Source of the DNA: Fibrobacteria bacterium
GTDB taxonomy: Bacteria; Fibrobacterota; Fibrobacteria; UBA11236
DNA: 35,384 bases
Direction of reading: 5' to 3'
Assembly: GCA_043732185.1 (NCBI GenBank)
Contig: JAYTHY010000049.1
Location: 1-35,384, forward strand
The notes under the pieces were generated by a model that was not told the DNA's origin, ran no database searches, and saw only the letters and a list, made by a program, of their open reading frames with translations. Shown one piece after another: positions 1 to 10,200 of the stretch (the first letter of the stretch is position 1; every line of letters starts with the position of its first letter). The position numbers and the translations under genes are program-made.

Positions 1-207
1 AGTTCCATCAGTACGCTGTGTTTTCAAACCGTTAAGGGTAACCTACAAGTGACTAAATTGGCTAAAAATACCCACTCGATCGCCCGAAGAGCCAAAAAAT
101 TGAAGCACAGGAAAAACGAAAAAATCCGCATGGTGATTCCTATGTCTTAGGGTGTGTTTGCGCAGCTAGGTTACTACTAATTACATCGATTTTCAATGAA
201 AATAGAT

Positions 208-1290
208 TCAGGTTTTCAAGATTTTCATCAAGGAACTATTGATGTAAAAGTTTTCTTTTCCAACCCGGTTTTTTGTCAAGATACCCAACCCCACTAATAG
301 GTCCAAATGGCGGGCTGCGGATTTTCTTTCGACACCGGTATTCCGCACGACAAACTCTACTTTACAATAGGGGTTCTCATATAAAGTCTCAACCAATTCT
401 CTAGAATAGATGCGCGGTATTTCCGATTTCAATTTTTCAATGGTGTCATCGAGTGACGATTTTATTCGGACGATTTTATTCAGTGTTTCTTGAGAGACGT
501 CTGTTAGGCCCTTTAGGATGTAGTCCATCCATTCTTCCCAATTTTCAAGCAAATTGACGTTATTTAAAAGTTTGTAATACTCGCTTTTGCTTTTTGCAAT
601 GTAGGAGCTTAGGTACACGATGGGGATATCCAATATATTTTTCACAAGCAGGTAAAGAATGTTGATCAGCCTACCGGTTCTTCCATTCCCATCATAATAA
701 GGATGTATGGATTCGAATTGATGGTGAATGATGGCAAGATTGATCAAGGTGGGTTCGCATGTATTGAAATACTCCATTAAGTTATCCATCAATCCCGATA
801 TAAATTGGGGCTCAGGTGGAGTATAAATTATTGAACCCGTCTTATCATTGATCAATTGTGTGCTGGGCGTTTTCCGGATTCCAGCACCGTTTCCAATGAG
901 TATCGCCTGCAAATCATCTACATCCTGTCGTCGTAAAAACCCTTTGACCTTTACCATTTCAAAGCCAACTAGAAGCGCTTTACGGTACAGGATGACTTCT
1001 TCCGTTTGCAAATCGGCATTCTTATAATCCGCAGAAATCCCTTGGTAGAGTTTGTCCCGAGTAGTAATGATATTTTCAATTTCCGAACTGTCTTGGGCTT
1101 CTTGTAAAACCACGGCATTGATCAAAATGCTTTGATTCGGAATGATTTTTGCCTGGCCCTTTAATTCGGCCAATGCGGCGCGCGCGGTGGCTTCGGCTTT
1201 CCAGATCGAAAGTGATGAAAAATGCTTTTCTTCTGGGGGAATGAGTGGAAGCTCATTAAAGGGTGCATTCGGTACACATCTTGTTTTCAT
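208..1290 (-). CDS. Fic family protein adenylyltransferase (class II, SoFic-like, probable C-terminal winged HTH)
   Basis: 360 aa. Fic motif HPYYDGNGRTGR; N-terminal inhibitory motif SSEIEN matching (S/T)xxxE(G/N); C-terminal HTH-like segment RKSAARHLDLLVGLGIL. Confidence 0.93.
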   Translation of the reverse strand: MKTRCVPNAPFNELPLIPPEEKHFSSLSIWKAEATARAALAELKGQAKIIPNQSILINAVVLQEAQDSSEIENIITTRDKLYQGISADYKNADLQTEEVILYRKALLVGFEMVKVKGFLRRQDVDDLQAILIGNGAGIRKTPSTQLINDKTGSIIYTPPEPQFISGLMDNLMEYFNTCEPTLINLAIIHHQFESIHPYYDGNGRTGRLINILYLLVKNILDIPIVYLSSYIAKSKSEYYKLLNNVNLLENWEEWMDYILKGLTDVSQETLNKIVRIKSSLDDTIEKLKSEIPRIYSRELVETLYENPYCKVEFVVRNTGVERKSAARHLDLLVGLGILTKNRVGKENFYINSSLMKILKT

Positions 1291-1358
1291 GTACTAAAAA
1301 TACATTAAATGGTACATAAAGTCCATTACATGTACCAAAAATAACATAAACGGTACAT
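1289..1358. promoter_or_regulatory. Two tandem palindromic operator-like boxes ATGTAC(C/T)-N15-GGTACAT upstream of fic
   Basis: 1289-1317 ATGTACT-AAAAATACATTAAAT-GGTACAT and 1330-1358 ATGTACC-AAAAATAACATAAAC-GGTACAT; both spacers are 15 nt, period 41 bp. Confidence 0.7.
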
Positions 1359-1378
1359 ATAAATGGCAGGAATCGAGC

Positions 1379-3484
1379 TTATCCGAGCCCTTTTAGGTAT
1401 TCCGGCAGGCCCGATTCCCTTGCCACTTTATGGCCAACCGCTTCCATAAAGACCTCCCTGGATCCATAAATGCCTGCAAAATATCTGGCTCGGGTAATGG
1501 CCGTATATAGGCTTTCCTTTGTGAGCAGGCGGTTGCCGGATTCGGGCAGGACCAGGAGAACGTGATCGTATTCAGAGCCTTGGCTTTTGTGAATGGTCAT
1601 GGCGAATGCGGTTTCATAATGCGGTAGAAACGTGGCAGGGAAATGCACGAAGCTGTCGCCTCGACGGAAAAATCCCATCGGTCGTCCTTGCAAGCGCAGG
1701 TAAATTCCGACATCGCCATTGAACAAACCTTTGGAATAGTCGTTTTGCAGGATAAGAATGGGCGAGCCATGAAAGCCTTCGGCGGATTTTAAGGACGCTT
1801 TAGGATCCCAGGTGCGGATAAGATTTTCACGGAGGGTTTGATTGATGGTCTCACAGCCGTGCCAGCCTTTGCGAGTGAAGGTGAGGATGCGGGCTTGATC
1901 AAGGAGCGTGAAAAGTCTGGACAGAACCGGTTTGAAGGCTTCCTCCTCCATGGACTTGAAAGTGGACAGCGTAGCAAGTAGTGCCGCATAGGAATCCTGC
2001 CCAAGGTAATGATGTGTGACCCAAGCATCCAACCAAAATTTCCAACTGCTACGGAACTCGATTGGCGATGTCTCGGACGTGTGGGGAAGGAGCAAACGGC
2101 AGCCACCTCCAAAGGACAAGGTATGGCCTTGTTGTACTGGCAAGCTAAGGGCTGGACCCATTTTTTCCAAGGCGCCTATGGCATCTTGGGCATTGATTCT
2201 CTGCGTCACATCCAAGATACCTGCTTCAGACCTGTGGCTGAATTCCAACATTGCGATATTATCGCGTAGGGGATGATGGCTTGCATGCTTATCTGGAATC
2301 AAATCGGCCAGCATGGATCCAGAATCGATGGAAGGCAATTGGTCTTTGTCCCCGAGGAGCACCAAACAAGTGTTTTCTTCCAGGGCATTCAAAAGCCGGG
2401 AGAATACGAATATATCCACCATCGACACTTCATCGATCACCACGAGATCTGCCGGCAAAGGGCGATGGGCGCGGTAGAAATACTCGCCGGTGGAAGGATT
2501 ATAGCGGAGCAAGGAGTGAAGGGTCTCACAGGGTAAGTTGGCAAGGTGCTGGTCGAGATGGAATTCCGTAGACTCAGGGCTAGGATAGCGAATGCTTTCC
2601 AGGCTTCGTTGGATAGATTCCGCAAGCCGCTGGGCGGCCCGGCCGGTTGGTGCGGTCAAACGAATGCGGGGGAAGGGTGGGGGTGTTTCGGATTTGGGAG
2701 AAGGGGATTCGGCAAGACGGACAAACCAGGCTCGAGTCCATGCGCGCAGCAGGTTTGCGGCCAGAGAGGTTTTACCAGTGCCGGGTCCACCGGAAATCAA
2801 TGCGAAGCGTTTGCGCAATGCCAGCCGCAAAGCGGATTGTTGCCCGTCATCGAATGCGATAGACCGTGAATCCGGAGTGAAACCGCGGCGCAGGGGTAAC
2901 CTTTCCAGTACGGTTGCCAGGATGGCTTCCGTTTTTTCCAACGGAGTACTTTGGTCAGGGGCCAAAAGTAAATGTTTCAGCTTTAGACCTACGGCCACTT
3001 CTGCACTGTGATGCTTCTGAAAATAAAGTGCGTCACTGGACTGGATGAGCGGCAAATATTCCGGTGGGGATCCTAATACGGATGCATAGATTCCGGTCAA
3101 ACGGTTTTGCGTAAATTCTTCCACCAAGCGATTTGCCAGCTTGGGGATATCTTCACACGCCTCTAGTAATTGTGGATCCAATTGCGCATCGGTAGCAAAT
3201 AGGTTGGCTGGTGGCGGAGCTGGGAGGCTGATTAGACTAGTCAGAAAATCTTGGCACAATTGCGTTAGGCTTTCTGAGTGCAACCGTATCCGCACTCCTC
3301 CCGCATGAACCGTTTTCAGCAAACAGGCTACAACGGTTGGAAAGGCCAAATCCTGCGGCCGTTCGATGCGACGACACAGAGTTAAAATAAGGGCTGCGTC
3401 GACACCATCCAGAATATCCTTTTCCAGTGCCAGCGCTTCCAGTTTAGGCCAAATGGACGCGTACACTTCCGATTTGGTTTTCAT
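1379..3484 (-). CDS. recD: Exodeoxyribonuclease V alpha subunit (RecD, SF1B helicase)
   Basis: ISGGPGTGKT (Walker A), APTGRAAQRL, TLHSLL, DEVSMVD, GDKDQLPSI, AMTIHKSQGSEY, LYTAITRAR; 4-nt overlap with recB. Confidence 0.96.
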   Translation of the reverse strand: MKTKSEVYASIWPKLEALALEKDILDGVDAALILTLCRRIERPQDLAFPTVVACLLKTVHAGGVRIRLHSESLTQLCQDFLTSLISLPAPPPANLFATDAQLDPQLLEACEDIPKLANRLVEEFTQNRLTGIYASVLGSPPEYLPLIQSSDALYFQKHHSAEVAVGLKLKHLLLAPDQSTPLEKTEAILATVLERLPLRRGFTPDSRSIAFDDGQQSALRLALRKRFALISGGPGTGKTSLAANLLRAWTRAWFVRLAESPSPKSETPPPFPRIRLTAPTGRAAQRLAESIQRSLESIRYPSPESTEFHLDQHLANLPCETLHSLLRYNPSTGEYFYRAHRPLPADLVVIDEVSMVDIFVFSRLLNALEENTCLVLLGDKDQLPSIDSGSMLADLIPDKHASHHPLRDNIAMLEFSHRSEAGILDVTQRINAQDAIGALEKMGPALSLPVQQGHTLSFGGGCRLLLPHTSETSPIEFRSSWKFWLDAWVTHHYLGQDSYAALLATLSTFKSMEEEAFKPVLSRLFTLLDQARILTFTRKGWHGCETINQTLRENLIRTWDPKASLKSAEGFHGSPILILQNDYSKGLFNGDVGIYLRLQGRPMGFFRRGDSFVHFPATFLPHYETAFAMTIHKSQGSEYDHVLLVLPESGNRLLTKESLYTAITRARYFAGIYGSREVFMEAVGHKVARESGLPEYLKGLG

Positions 3485-6400
3485 TCCACTCCTGCATTCC
3501 GCCCAAGAAGGTGAGCGGCCCCAAGCGGGTGGTGAATGCCCGTGGCAGCCATGACCTTGGCCAAGTGCTCCGGAAATTGCGTTTGCATTTGATCCAAGGT
3601 GGGACGAAACGCGAAGATGCCGGATGGGTCCGCGATTCGCATTCCACGCAAGTAGATATAATACAGGCCGCCAAAGTGTATGTCAAAATCATAATCCGGA
3701 ATGAGGCTGCGCAGCCATTTGTCGAGTGCTAGGGAGTAGAGCATGTACTGCAGGTCATATTGGGAAGCTTGTATACTGGCCTCCAAATCGATGCGGTCAT
3801 AGCGTTCTAAATAATTGGATTTCCAATCGAGGAGATAGTAGCGGCCCCGATATCGGAAAACAAGATCGATAAATCCGCCCATGTATCCATCGGGGCCTGC
3901 GTCACCCAATTGTGCTGGGTAGGGAAAAAGAAATTCCATTTCTGGCCGGTAATTGGATACCTGCGTCAAGGCAAAGGCGTCGTCTCCGAAAGGATCGGGA
4001 ATTTTCGCGTGTAAAGTGTTCCATACAACTCCGGTAACCGCTGCCAGCCACGTTTCCTCGAGGCGATAATCGCGCATGCGCTCAGTAATGAGGTCCAGGG
4101 TAGGGCGGTGTAATAGAAGAGCGTCCGGTTCTAATGCTTGCGCGACAACCGCAAAATCTATGTCTTCTAGAATTTCGTGAAACATATTACCGATGTCTTT
4201 GCCTCGTGGCAGAGTGTTGGCCGGATAGGGGGAAGGAAGGGGTTGAACCGATTCTGAGCCTTCGGCGCTGTCCGGTATCTCCTCCGCTACTGGAGATTCT
4301 TCCTTGTCAAAACGGCCTTCCACAGCATCGACGGTTATGCCATGGCTGTGGTGGACAAGCTGGGAATAGGACAAGAGCCGTCGGCGTCGCTTGGAAAAAT
4401 CAGCGGTAGGAAGAGCCAACGGATCGGTTTGGGGGAAATCTGCGAAAAAATATTCCGGCAAGGATCGGAGAGAGAGTATGGATTTGATTTCCGGAACTGA
4501 AGCTTGGGCAGCATCGGGCACCTGGTCCACTTTCGAAAATAAGAACAAGCTAGGGTGGTGGACGGCCGCGGCAAGCAAGGCTTGGCCCACAAAGCCACCC
4601 AATGGACCGAATTGGGTTGTCCCCTGAGGCTTTGGAAATACTGGAACGTATAGTTTGTAGCGCGCCCGGGTCAAGGCAACATAAAAGAGCCGGCGCTCCT
4701 CATTTTCAGCTTCCAACTTATGCGCGGCAATGGCATTGGCATCTTTGGTATCCAACTGGTAGATGGTATTCAGGCCTTCCCGGTATTTAAAATATTCTGG
4801 AGTACGGCCTCTAGATGTACTGGCCAGAAATACGACGGGAAATTCCAAGCCCTTGCTGACATGCATCGTCATCAAGCTCACTTTATGGCCTTCTGAATCC
4901 TCGCGGTGGAAATCCTGTTCGTCTTCGGTGAGGGCCGTCCCAAGGCGCAATTCGCGCAGGGTCCGTACCAATCCTGCCAAGTCAAGACTCTGGCTCAAGG
5001 CTTCCTGAACCAGATTCTGTCCGATATGTTGAAAATCCATGATGACCCGATCACCGTCCGGTTCTAGACTGGCGCGGTAGAGAATTCCGGTGCGGTACAG
5101 CATGGCATGGAAAAGTCGTTGCCAATGTTTGCGTTCCGCCCATTGCGACCAGGATTCAAAAAACGGATGGGTATTTTCAGGCAGGCCCTGCGCAGGAGCC
5201 ACTCCAGCATATCGGAAAAAGCGGGTAAGCAACGCGCGCGCATGTTTTCCTGAATTTCCCGGATCTTCCAAGGATTCGAGTACCGCCAAGAACTCATCCG
5301 CTACTTTGCCGTCGTATAAACCGGCTTCTTTTTCCACTTGGGTTGGAATGCCGACTTGAACGCAGGCTTTTTCCACCCTTCTTTTTTCGGCTCCAGTACC
5401 AACCAGCACACAGATATCGTTCCATTGCAAAGGCCGCAATACTTTTGTGGTTTTATCCATCACTTGAAGCGATTGAGGGTTGGCCATGAGTCGGGATATT
5501 TCGGCCGTGATCCAGGCGTACGCTCTTTTTTGCAAGGTGGCTTTTTTCACATTCAAAGCGGATGAGAAATCCTTGAGAATAATGGGAGCCGGTTGCCCAG
5601 TGCTGTCCAGCGCTTCTTGTACAGGAAGATGGCCGCCTTGCACGGTGACATAGCCCAGTGGATCCGAAGTTGCCGGCAAGAACCAATGCGTATCTTCTGG
5701 GTTTGCCTTCAAGTCATGGAACCACCCTGCCTGGGTGAAAACCGCATTACAAGCGTCAACCACTTTTGCACTGGATCGAAAATTGGTAGCGAGTCCCATT
5801 CCCTGCGCCAAACCTTGTCGGCTCAAGGTGTACAGGGTGTCCCGAGCTGCCAAATAGGTATGGATATCGCCGCCGCGAAATCGGTAAATGGCTTGCTTCG
5901 GATCGCCGATTAGAAACAATGGGTTGGCGGTTCCACTTTCGAGAAAAACCGTTCGGAATATATTCCATTGCAAGGGATCGGTGTCTTGAAATTCATCCAC
6001 CAGGCAATAGCGGTAGTCTTGGCGAAGGATTTGGATGCATTGGCGATTTTTCTGAATGGCATTCCACACATCCTCGATCATGTTATTAAAAGTGAGCATC
6101 CCGTGCACGCGTTTAAAGGCCTGAGTTTTTTCCCGCAAGGATAAAATAACCCGTCGCTGGTTTTCAAAAGCCTTTTTCTCAATTTCAATATCCCGGTCCG
6201 CAACCGCCTTCTGCATTTCAAGAAGTATGTCGATTAGGGCATTCAATAACGGCCACGGTGACGACGGGTACTCGTCAGAATTGGGCAATAAGTAGGTGAA
6301 GGATTCTTTATGGACGGCTCTCAATTTAATGGATTCCAGGTACTGCACCGTGGCTTGCAATCTAGACTCCGCCGGTTGTAATCCGAATTCCGTGGCCAGT

Positions 6401-7206
6401 TTCAGAGCCGCTTCAAGAATCAGTGGACCCTGTTTTTTCAAGCTCGTATTGGAAAATTTTATTTTTCGATACGCCAGTATAAATGGATGCGCCGCTTCCT
6501 GCCCGCTTTCCAATTCCGGGAACAGCTCGGCAATTTTCACCGGACAGTTTCCGATTGTACGGTTAACCTCTGCCAATTTTTGAGCACTGAATTCAGGAAG
6601 CAGTCTATCCCCACGGCTGGGATTGAACTCCTGGGCCAAATGCAAAATCTTTCCTTCCCAAGTGTTCCCTGACTGAAATCCCAAGGATTCTGCCATGGCG
6701 ATAAAGGCTTGTCTGCCGGATTCGCCTTCGCCAGCTTCCGAAATCCAAGTCGTGCGCATTTCTTCTCTGAGCACTTGCTGAAACACTTCTTTGGATTTCT
6801 TTACCAACGTATTTTGAAAAAGGCTTCGGTTTTCAAATGCGTATTTCTTGAGCACGCGATCACAGAAGCCGTGGATGGTATGAATAGAGGCACGATCAAA
6901 TCCCAGTAGCGCTTCTTTGAGGCGACGGGCAATGGCAGTAGGCAAATTTCCCTGCTTCAGTCGCAAGGCGATCCGGTTGCGGATTTTTTCCTTGAGTTCA
7001 CCAGTGGCCTTCTCAGTAAAGGTGAGCACCAGTATTTTTTCCAGATCCAAATCATCACATTCGATCAAAAGACGCAGGATCAGATGCTCGATGGCATAGG
7101 TTTTTCCAGTGCCTGCCGATGCCTCGAATAGACCAGGTTGATTCAAATCCCAGGCTGCTACGACGTCCGGGCAGCCCTCGGAAAGGTATGGGCTAGTTTT
7201 CGGCAT
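3481..7206 (-). CDS. recB: Exodeoxyribonuclease V beta subunit (RecB helicase-nuclease)
   Basis: EASAGTGKT, TFTEKATGEL, TIHGFC, DEFQDTD, IGDPKQAIYRFRGGD, SKGLEFP, YVALTRAR; nuclease motif GFIDLVF..YYLLDWKSN and YDLQY. Start placed at the ATG at 7206 (MPKTSP) to minimise overlap with recC; the ORF extends to 7284. Confidence 0.96.
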   Translation of the reverse strand: MPKTSPYLSEGCPDVVAAWDLNQPGLFEASAGTGKTYAIEHLILRLLIECDDLDLEKILVLTFTEKATGELKEKIRNRIALRLKQGNLPTAIARRLKEALLGFDRASIHTIHGFCDRVLKKYAFENRSLFQNTLVKKSKEVFQQVLREEMRTTWISEAGEGESGRQAFIAMAESLGFQSGNTWEGKILHLAQEFNPSRGDRLLPEFSAQKLAEVNRTIGNCPVKIAELFPELESGQEAAHPFILAYRKIKFSNTSLKKQGPLILEAALKLATEFGLQPAESRLQATVQYLESIKLRAVHKESFTYLLPNSDEYPSSPWPLLNALIDILLEMQKAVADRDIEIEKKAFENQRRVILSLREKTQAFKRVHGMLTFNNMIEDVWNAIQKNRQCIQILRQDYRYCLVDEFQDTDPLQWNIFRTVFLESGTANPLFLIGDPKQAIYRFRGGDIHTYLAARDTLYTLSRQGLAQGMGLATNFRSSAKVVDACNAVFTQAGWFHDLKANPEDTHWFLPATSDPLGYVTVQGGHLPVQEALDSTGQPAPIILKDFSSALNVKKATLQKRAYAWITAEISRLMANPQSLQVMDKTTKVLRPLQWNDICVLVGTGAEKRRVEKACVQVGIPTQVEKEAGLYDGKVADEFLAVLESLEDPGNSGKHARALLTRFFRYAGVAPAQGLPENTHPFFESWSQWAERKHWQRLFHAMLYRTGILYRASLEPDGDRVIMDFQHIGQNLVQEALSQSLDLAGLVRTLRELRLGTALTEDEQDFHREDSEGHKVSLMTMHVSKGLEFPVVFLASTSRGRTPEYFKYREGLNTIYQLDTKDANAIAAHKLEAENEERRLFYVALTRARYKLYVPVFPKPQGTTQFGPLGGFVGQALLAAAVHHPSLFLFSKVDQVPDAAQASVPEIKSILSLRSLPEYFFADFPQTDPLALPTADFSKRRRRLLSYSQLVHHSHGITVDAVEGRFDKEESPVAEEIPDSAEGSESVQPLPSPYPANTLPRGKDIGNMFHEILEDIDFAVVAQALEPDALLLHRPTLDLITERMRDYRLEETWLAAVTGVVWNTLHAKIPDPFGDDAFALTQVSNYRPEMEFLFPYPAQLGDAGPDGYMGGFIDLVFRYRGRYYLLDWKSNYLERYDRIDLEASIQASQYDLQYMLYSLALDKWLRSLIPDYDFDIHFGGLYYIYLRGMRIADPSGIFAFRPTLDQMQTQFPEHLAKVMAATGIHHPLGAAHLLGRNAGVE

Positions 7207-10200
7207 GGATTGGCCCAACGTCTTCTGCATCCGGAAGGAAATTGAAAAACAATTCGAGGCGGGAGCGTATTTTGGCTTCCGCATCTTCCGGCACCTGGGG
7301 TTCTAGGAATTTCATGCTCTCTGACAACGTAAATTCTGGAAAATTTCCTGGGTTTTCTTCTAGTGCATCCAAGGCATCGCGCAATGTTTCGGTATAATCC
7401 AACATGCTGGTAAGCTGGTTTTTTCCAGCCAGGTGTTTTGCAATCAATTCAAAGGGAAGCAAATCGAAATCCATTTCACCCAGCATAGATTCCAGCAATC
7501 GTACTAAATAGGCGCGAGCCTTTTCCGGACCGATTTGGAAGGGTGCCCAATTGCCTTGAGTGTATCCGTTCGTCTTTTCTTTTTTGAAGACATAGTAAAT
7601 GGTGAATGGACCGCTTTGCAACCATCGGCCCAAGTCCGTTTCGGATAAAAGTCCAGAGAGGTAAAAAAGAAAAGCGGGTAGCAAGTGCTTGCGTTTGAAA
7701 CTTCCTGACATGAATACGACAGTCCCGCAACCACCCGTTTCCGGACAACGGAAAAGGCAGGGTAGCGTTCCCTGTATGGCGACGTTCTTGTTCCCGGCTC
7801 GCAACAGAATCGCAGGCACTTGGAGGTCCGGTTTGACCCGCGTGGACAGGCTCGCGCCGCGACCCGTACCCTCACCTATATGGATCCCCGCTTGGCAAAT
7901 TTGGGAAAGAGAGCCTTGGCGCATCGATGCGAAAACATCTTCCAAGGTCGCCAGTATTCCCTCTGCTTTTTCCAGTAACACCTGTTTGTCCAAATCGCGG
8001 AAATATCCTTCCGGCATATAACCGCGTAAGGTCATGTTGTCGTATTCGGAGCGAAAATGCGCGAGGCAATCCTGGGATGTCGTGGACTCCCATGCTTGAA
8101 AGCGTCGCATGACCATATTTTGTAGCAGGTTGAGGTCCATCGGAAATGGACAGGTGAAGGGTTCATCCTCCAGATCCATAGGGTCTTCCTCAACATAATC
8201 GCGAATGCCTAGGCGTTTTTGCAGGGTGTATTGAACCGGATTCTCCAAATAAATTCGGGCATCGTCCAAAGGCATCGCTTGCAATTCCAAAACCTTTTCA
8301 GCCCGAACTTCCGTCCGAACTTCAATAGGAAGGGTCGGAAAGATTTCCGCTGCGATAGAGGCAGGAGCATCACTGCGAAACAGGGTGGAGAAGTTGGGAA
8401 ATCGTTTTTTACCGAGTTCGAGCCATGCCAGCAGTTTTTCTTGGCGAAAGGGATTGGGAGGCGGATTCCAGGGAGCCAGTGAGTCCTGTTTAAACAAAAC
8501 CCCATCGCGCGATAATAAAGGAATGGATGTGGCCTGGAAAGGGATTTGTCCCAGCACACAGGCATTCAAATAATCGACCAATTCATTCAGAACCGATCCC
8601 ATTTGGAAATTTTTGCCCTGTTGGATATCGCGGGAAATATAGCTGAGGCACAGTTTCGTTTCCGTGCACATCAAGGTTTCCAGAAAAATATATCGATTGC
8701 GAGAAGAAGGATTCACTTCCCCAATCACTCTGCGATATTGGCGCAAGTCCAGTGTGGACGCCTCATCGTCTTCCGGAAATCGGCCTTCGCCCAATCCCAA
8801 AATGTAGACGTATTTGAAGGGCAAGGAGCGTAAGGCGGCAAGAACGGAAACATTGACGCCCCCGGAAAGAAACGGTTCTTTACCAGCTTTGAGGTTCTCC
8901 AGATGCGATTGAATCAGACTCATAGGTATCGTAGCTGCTACCTCGGTGGAGGTTGCGTCTGAATTGGGACGCAAGGATTCCAGGTCATCCATACTTGCCA
9001 GGGAAATCAGGTAGCGACGCAGATCCGCTTGAACAAACCCTTCCAACTTCTGATCAGGCGGGAAAGTCAGATACCGTTCAAAAATATCGGCCATGATTTG
9101 CAACCACTCCGCCCAAGGTCTGGTGCGATTTTCCCGAAATGGGGACAGATCACGGTGAAGGCTTTCCACGTTGGTCAGAAAGCCTTGCAGCAGATCCCGA
9201 TCGCCGCTTTTTCCATCCGCCAGCGGCACCTTATTTTCAAAATGCCGCGTGTCCCCAGGTTCGGGAGCTTCCATTACCGTGCCCAATATCAGCCGTTCCA
9301 GTCCATGGCCCCAGGTGTGCAACGCATCCGGCACATACCCGCGTTGACTTCGATCCTCTTCATCATACCCGTGAAAGATGTTTAGCTTGGAAGTCCACTC
9401 GCTAAAGGTTTTAAGGGCACCGACTTCTACTCCGGGGCTATTTTTGAAACACGGGTTGGCGGCCAGGTTGAACAGGTCGCGACGGCTGAATCGGCCTTGG
9501 GCAAGGTCGAAGAGCTGCGTCACTCCACGGGCATACTCGCTTTCCAAGGAGGCGGAGGCATCGGCAAAAGTAAATGGAACTTGACCTCGCGCACCCGGTT
9601 CCTGCTTGCCGAAAACGGCTGCCAATACATGGCGGTAGTCTTGCATCTTGGGTACCAGCACGGCGATATCGTCCGGACGTAGGGTTGGATCTTGAAGGAG
9701 CGCGTGGATGATGCTGTGGTGGACGGTTTCCACTTCACGATGGATTTCCGGGCAGGCGAAGATTTGTAGGCTATCGTCTTGAATCATCCGTTCGGCCTCT
9801 GGAAGCGGGCCCCGCCGGTGTAGGATGGCATTCTGAATTGAACCGAGCACTGTAGACTTCTGTGAATAACGAAAATGTTCAAAGAAGTCGTATTCCGTAA
9901 TCTGGCACCACAGACGAATGTTTTCGCGACCCGGTTTGCCCCATTGGCTGAGCAAAGGATGCTCTTCGGTTTCTGAGGTGAGGTCGGAATTAGGAAGGTC
10001 CTCCGGCAGCTCTTCCGCTTGAAGGGCACTTTTGGAAAGGCGCAATGTGTGCTTTTCCGGCTCTTCCAGTTTTCGCCAATCCGAGTATTTCTGATTGCGA
10101 AAGAGATTCTCTTGCTGTCGGCGATTTTCTCTGGGGGTTAGGACATCCTCCCAATATTCCGCACATGGATTCAGGGAGTAGATGTAAAAATCCGCCTCCC

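Noticed and set aside
147..165. TTAGGGTGTGTTTGCG, resembling an IS5-family terminal repeat
   Set aside because: No partner inverted repeat or transposase is visible in the window.
3207..3214. E. coli Chi sequence GCTGGTGG in recD (another at 28631-28638)
   Set aside because: Two noticed copies in 35 kb are compatible with chance, and this organism's Chi is unknown.
7207..7284. Longer N-terminal extensions given by the ORF track (recB 7284, transporter 11760, cupin 19201, 21903, 24482, 31237, 33501)
   Set aside because: Downstream starts have better RBS, promoter or overlap context and match the expected domain starts.
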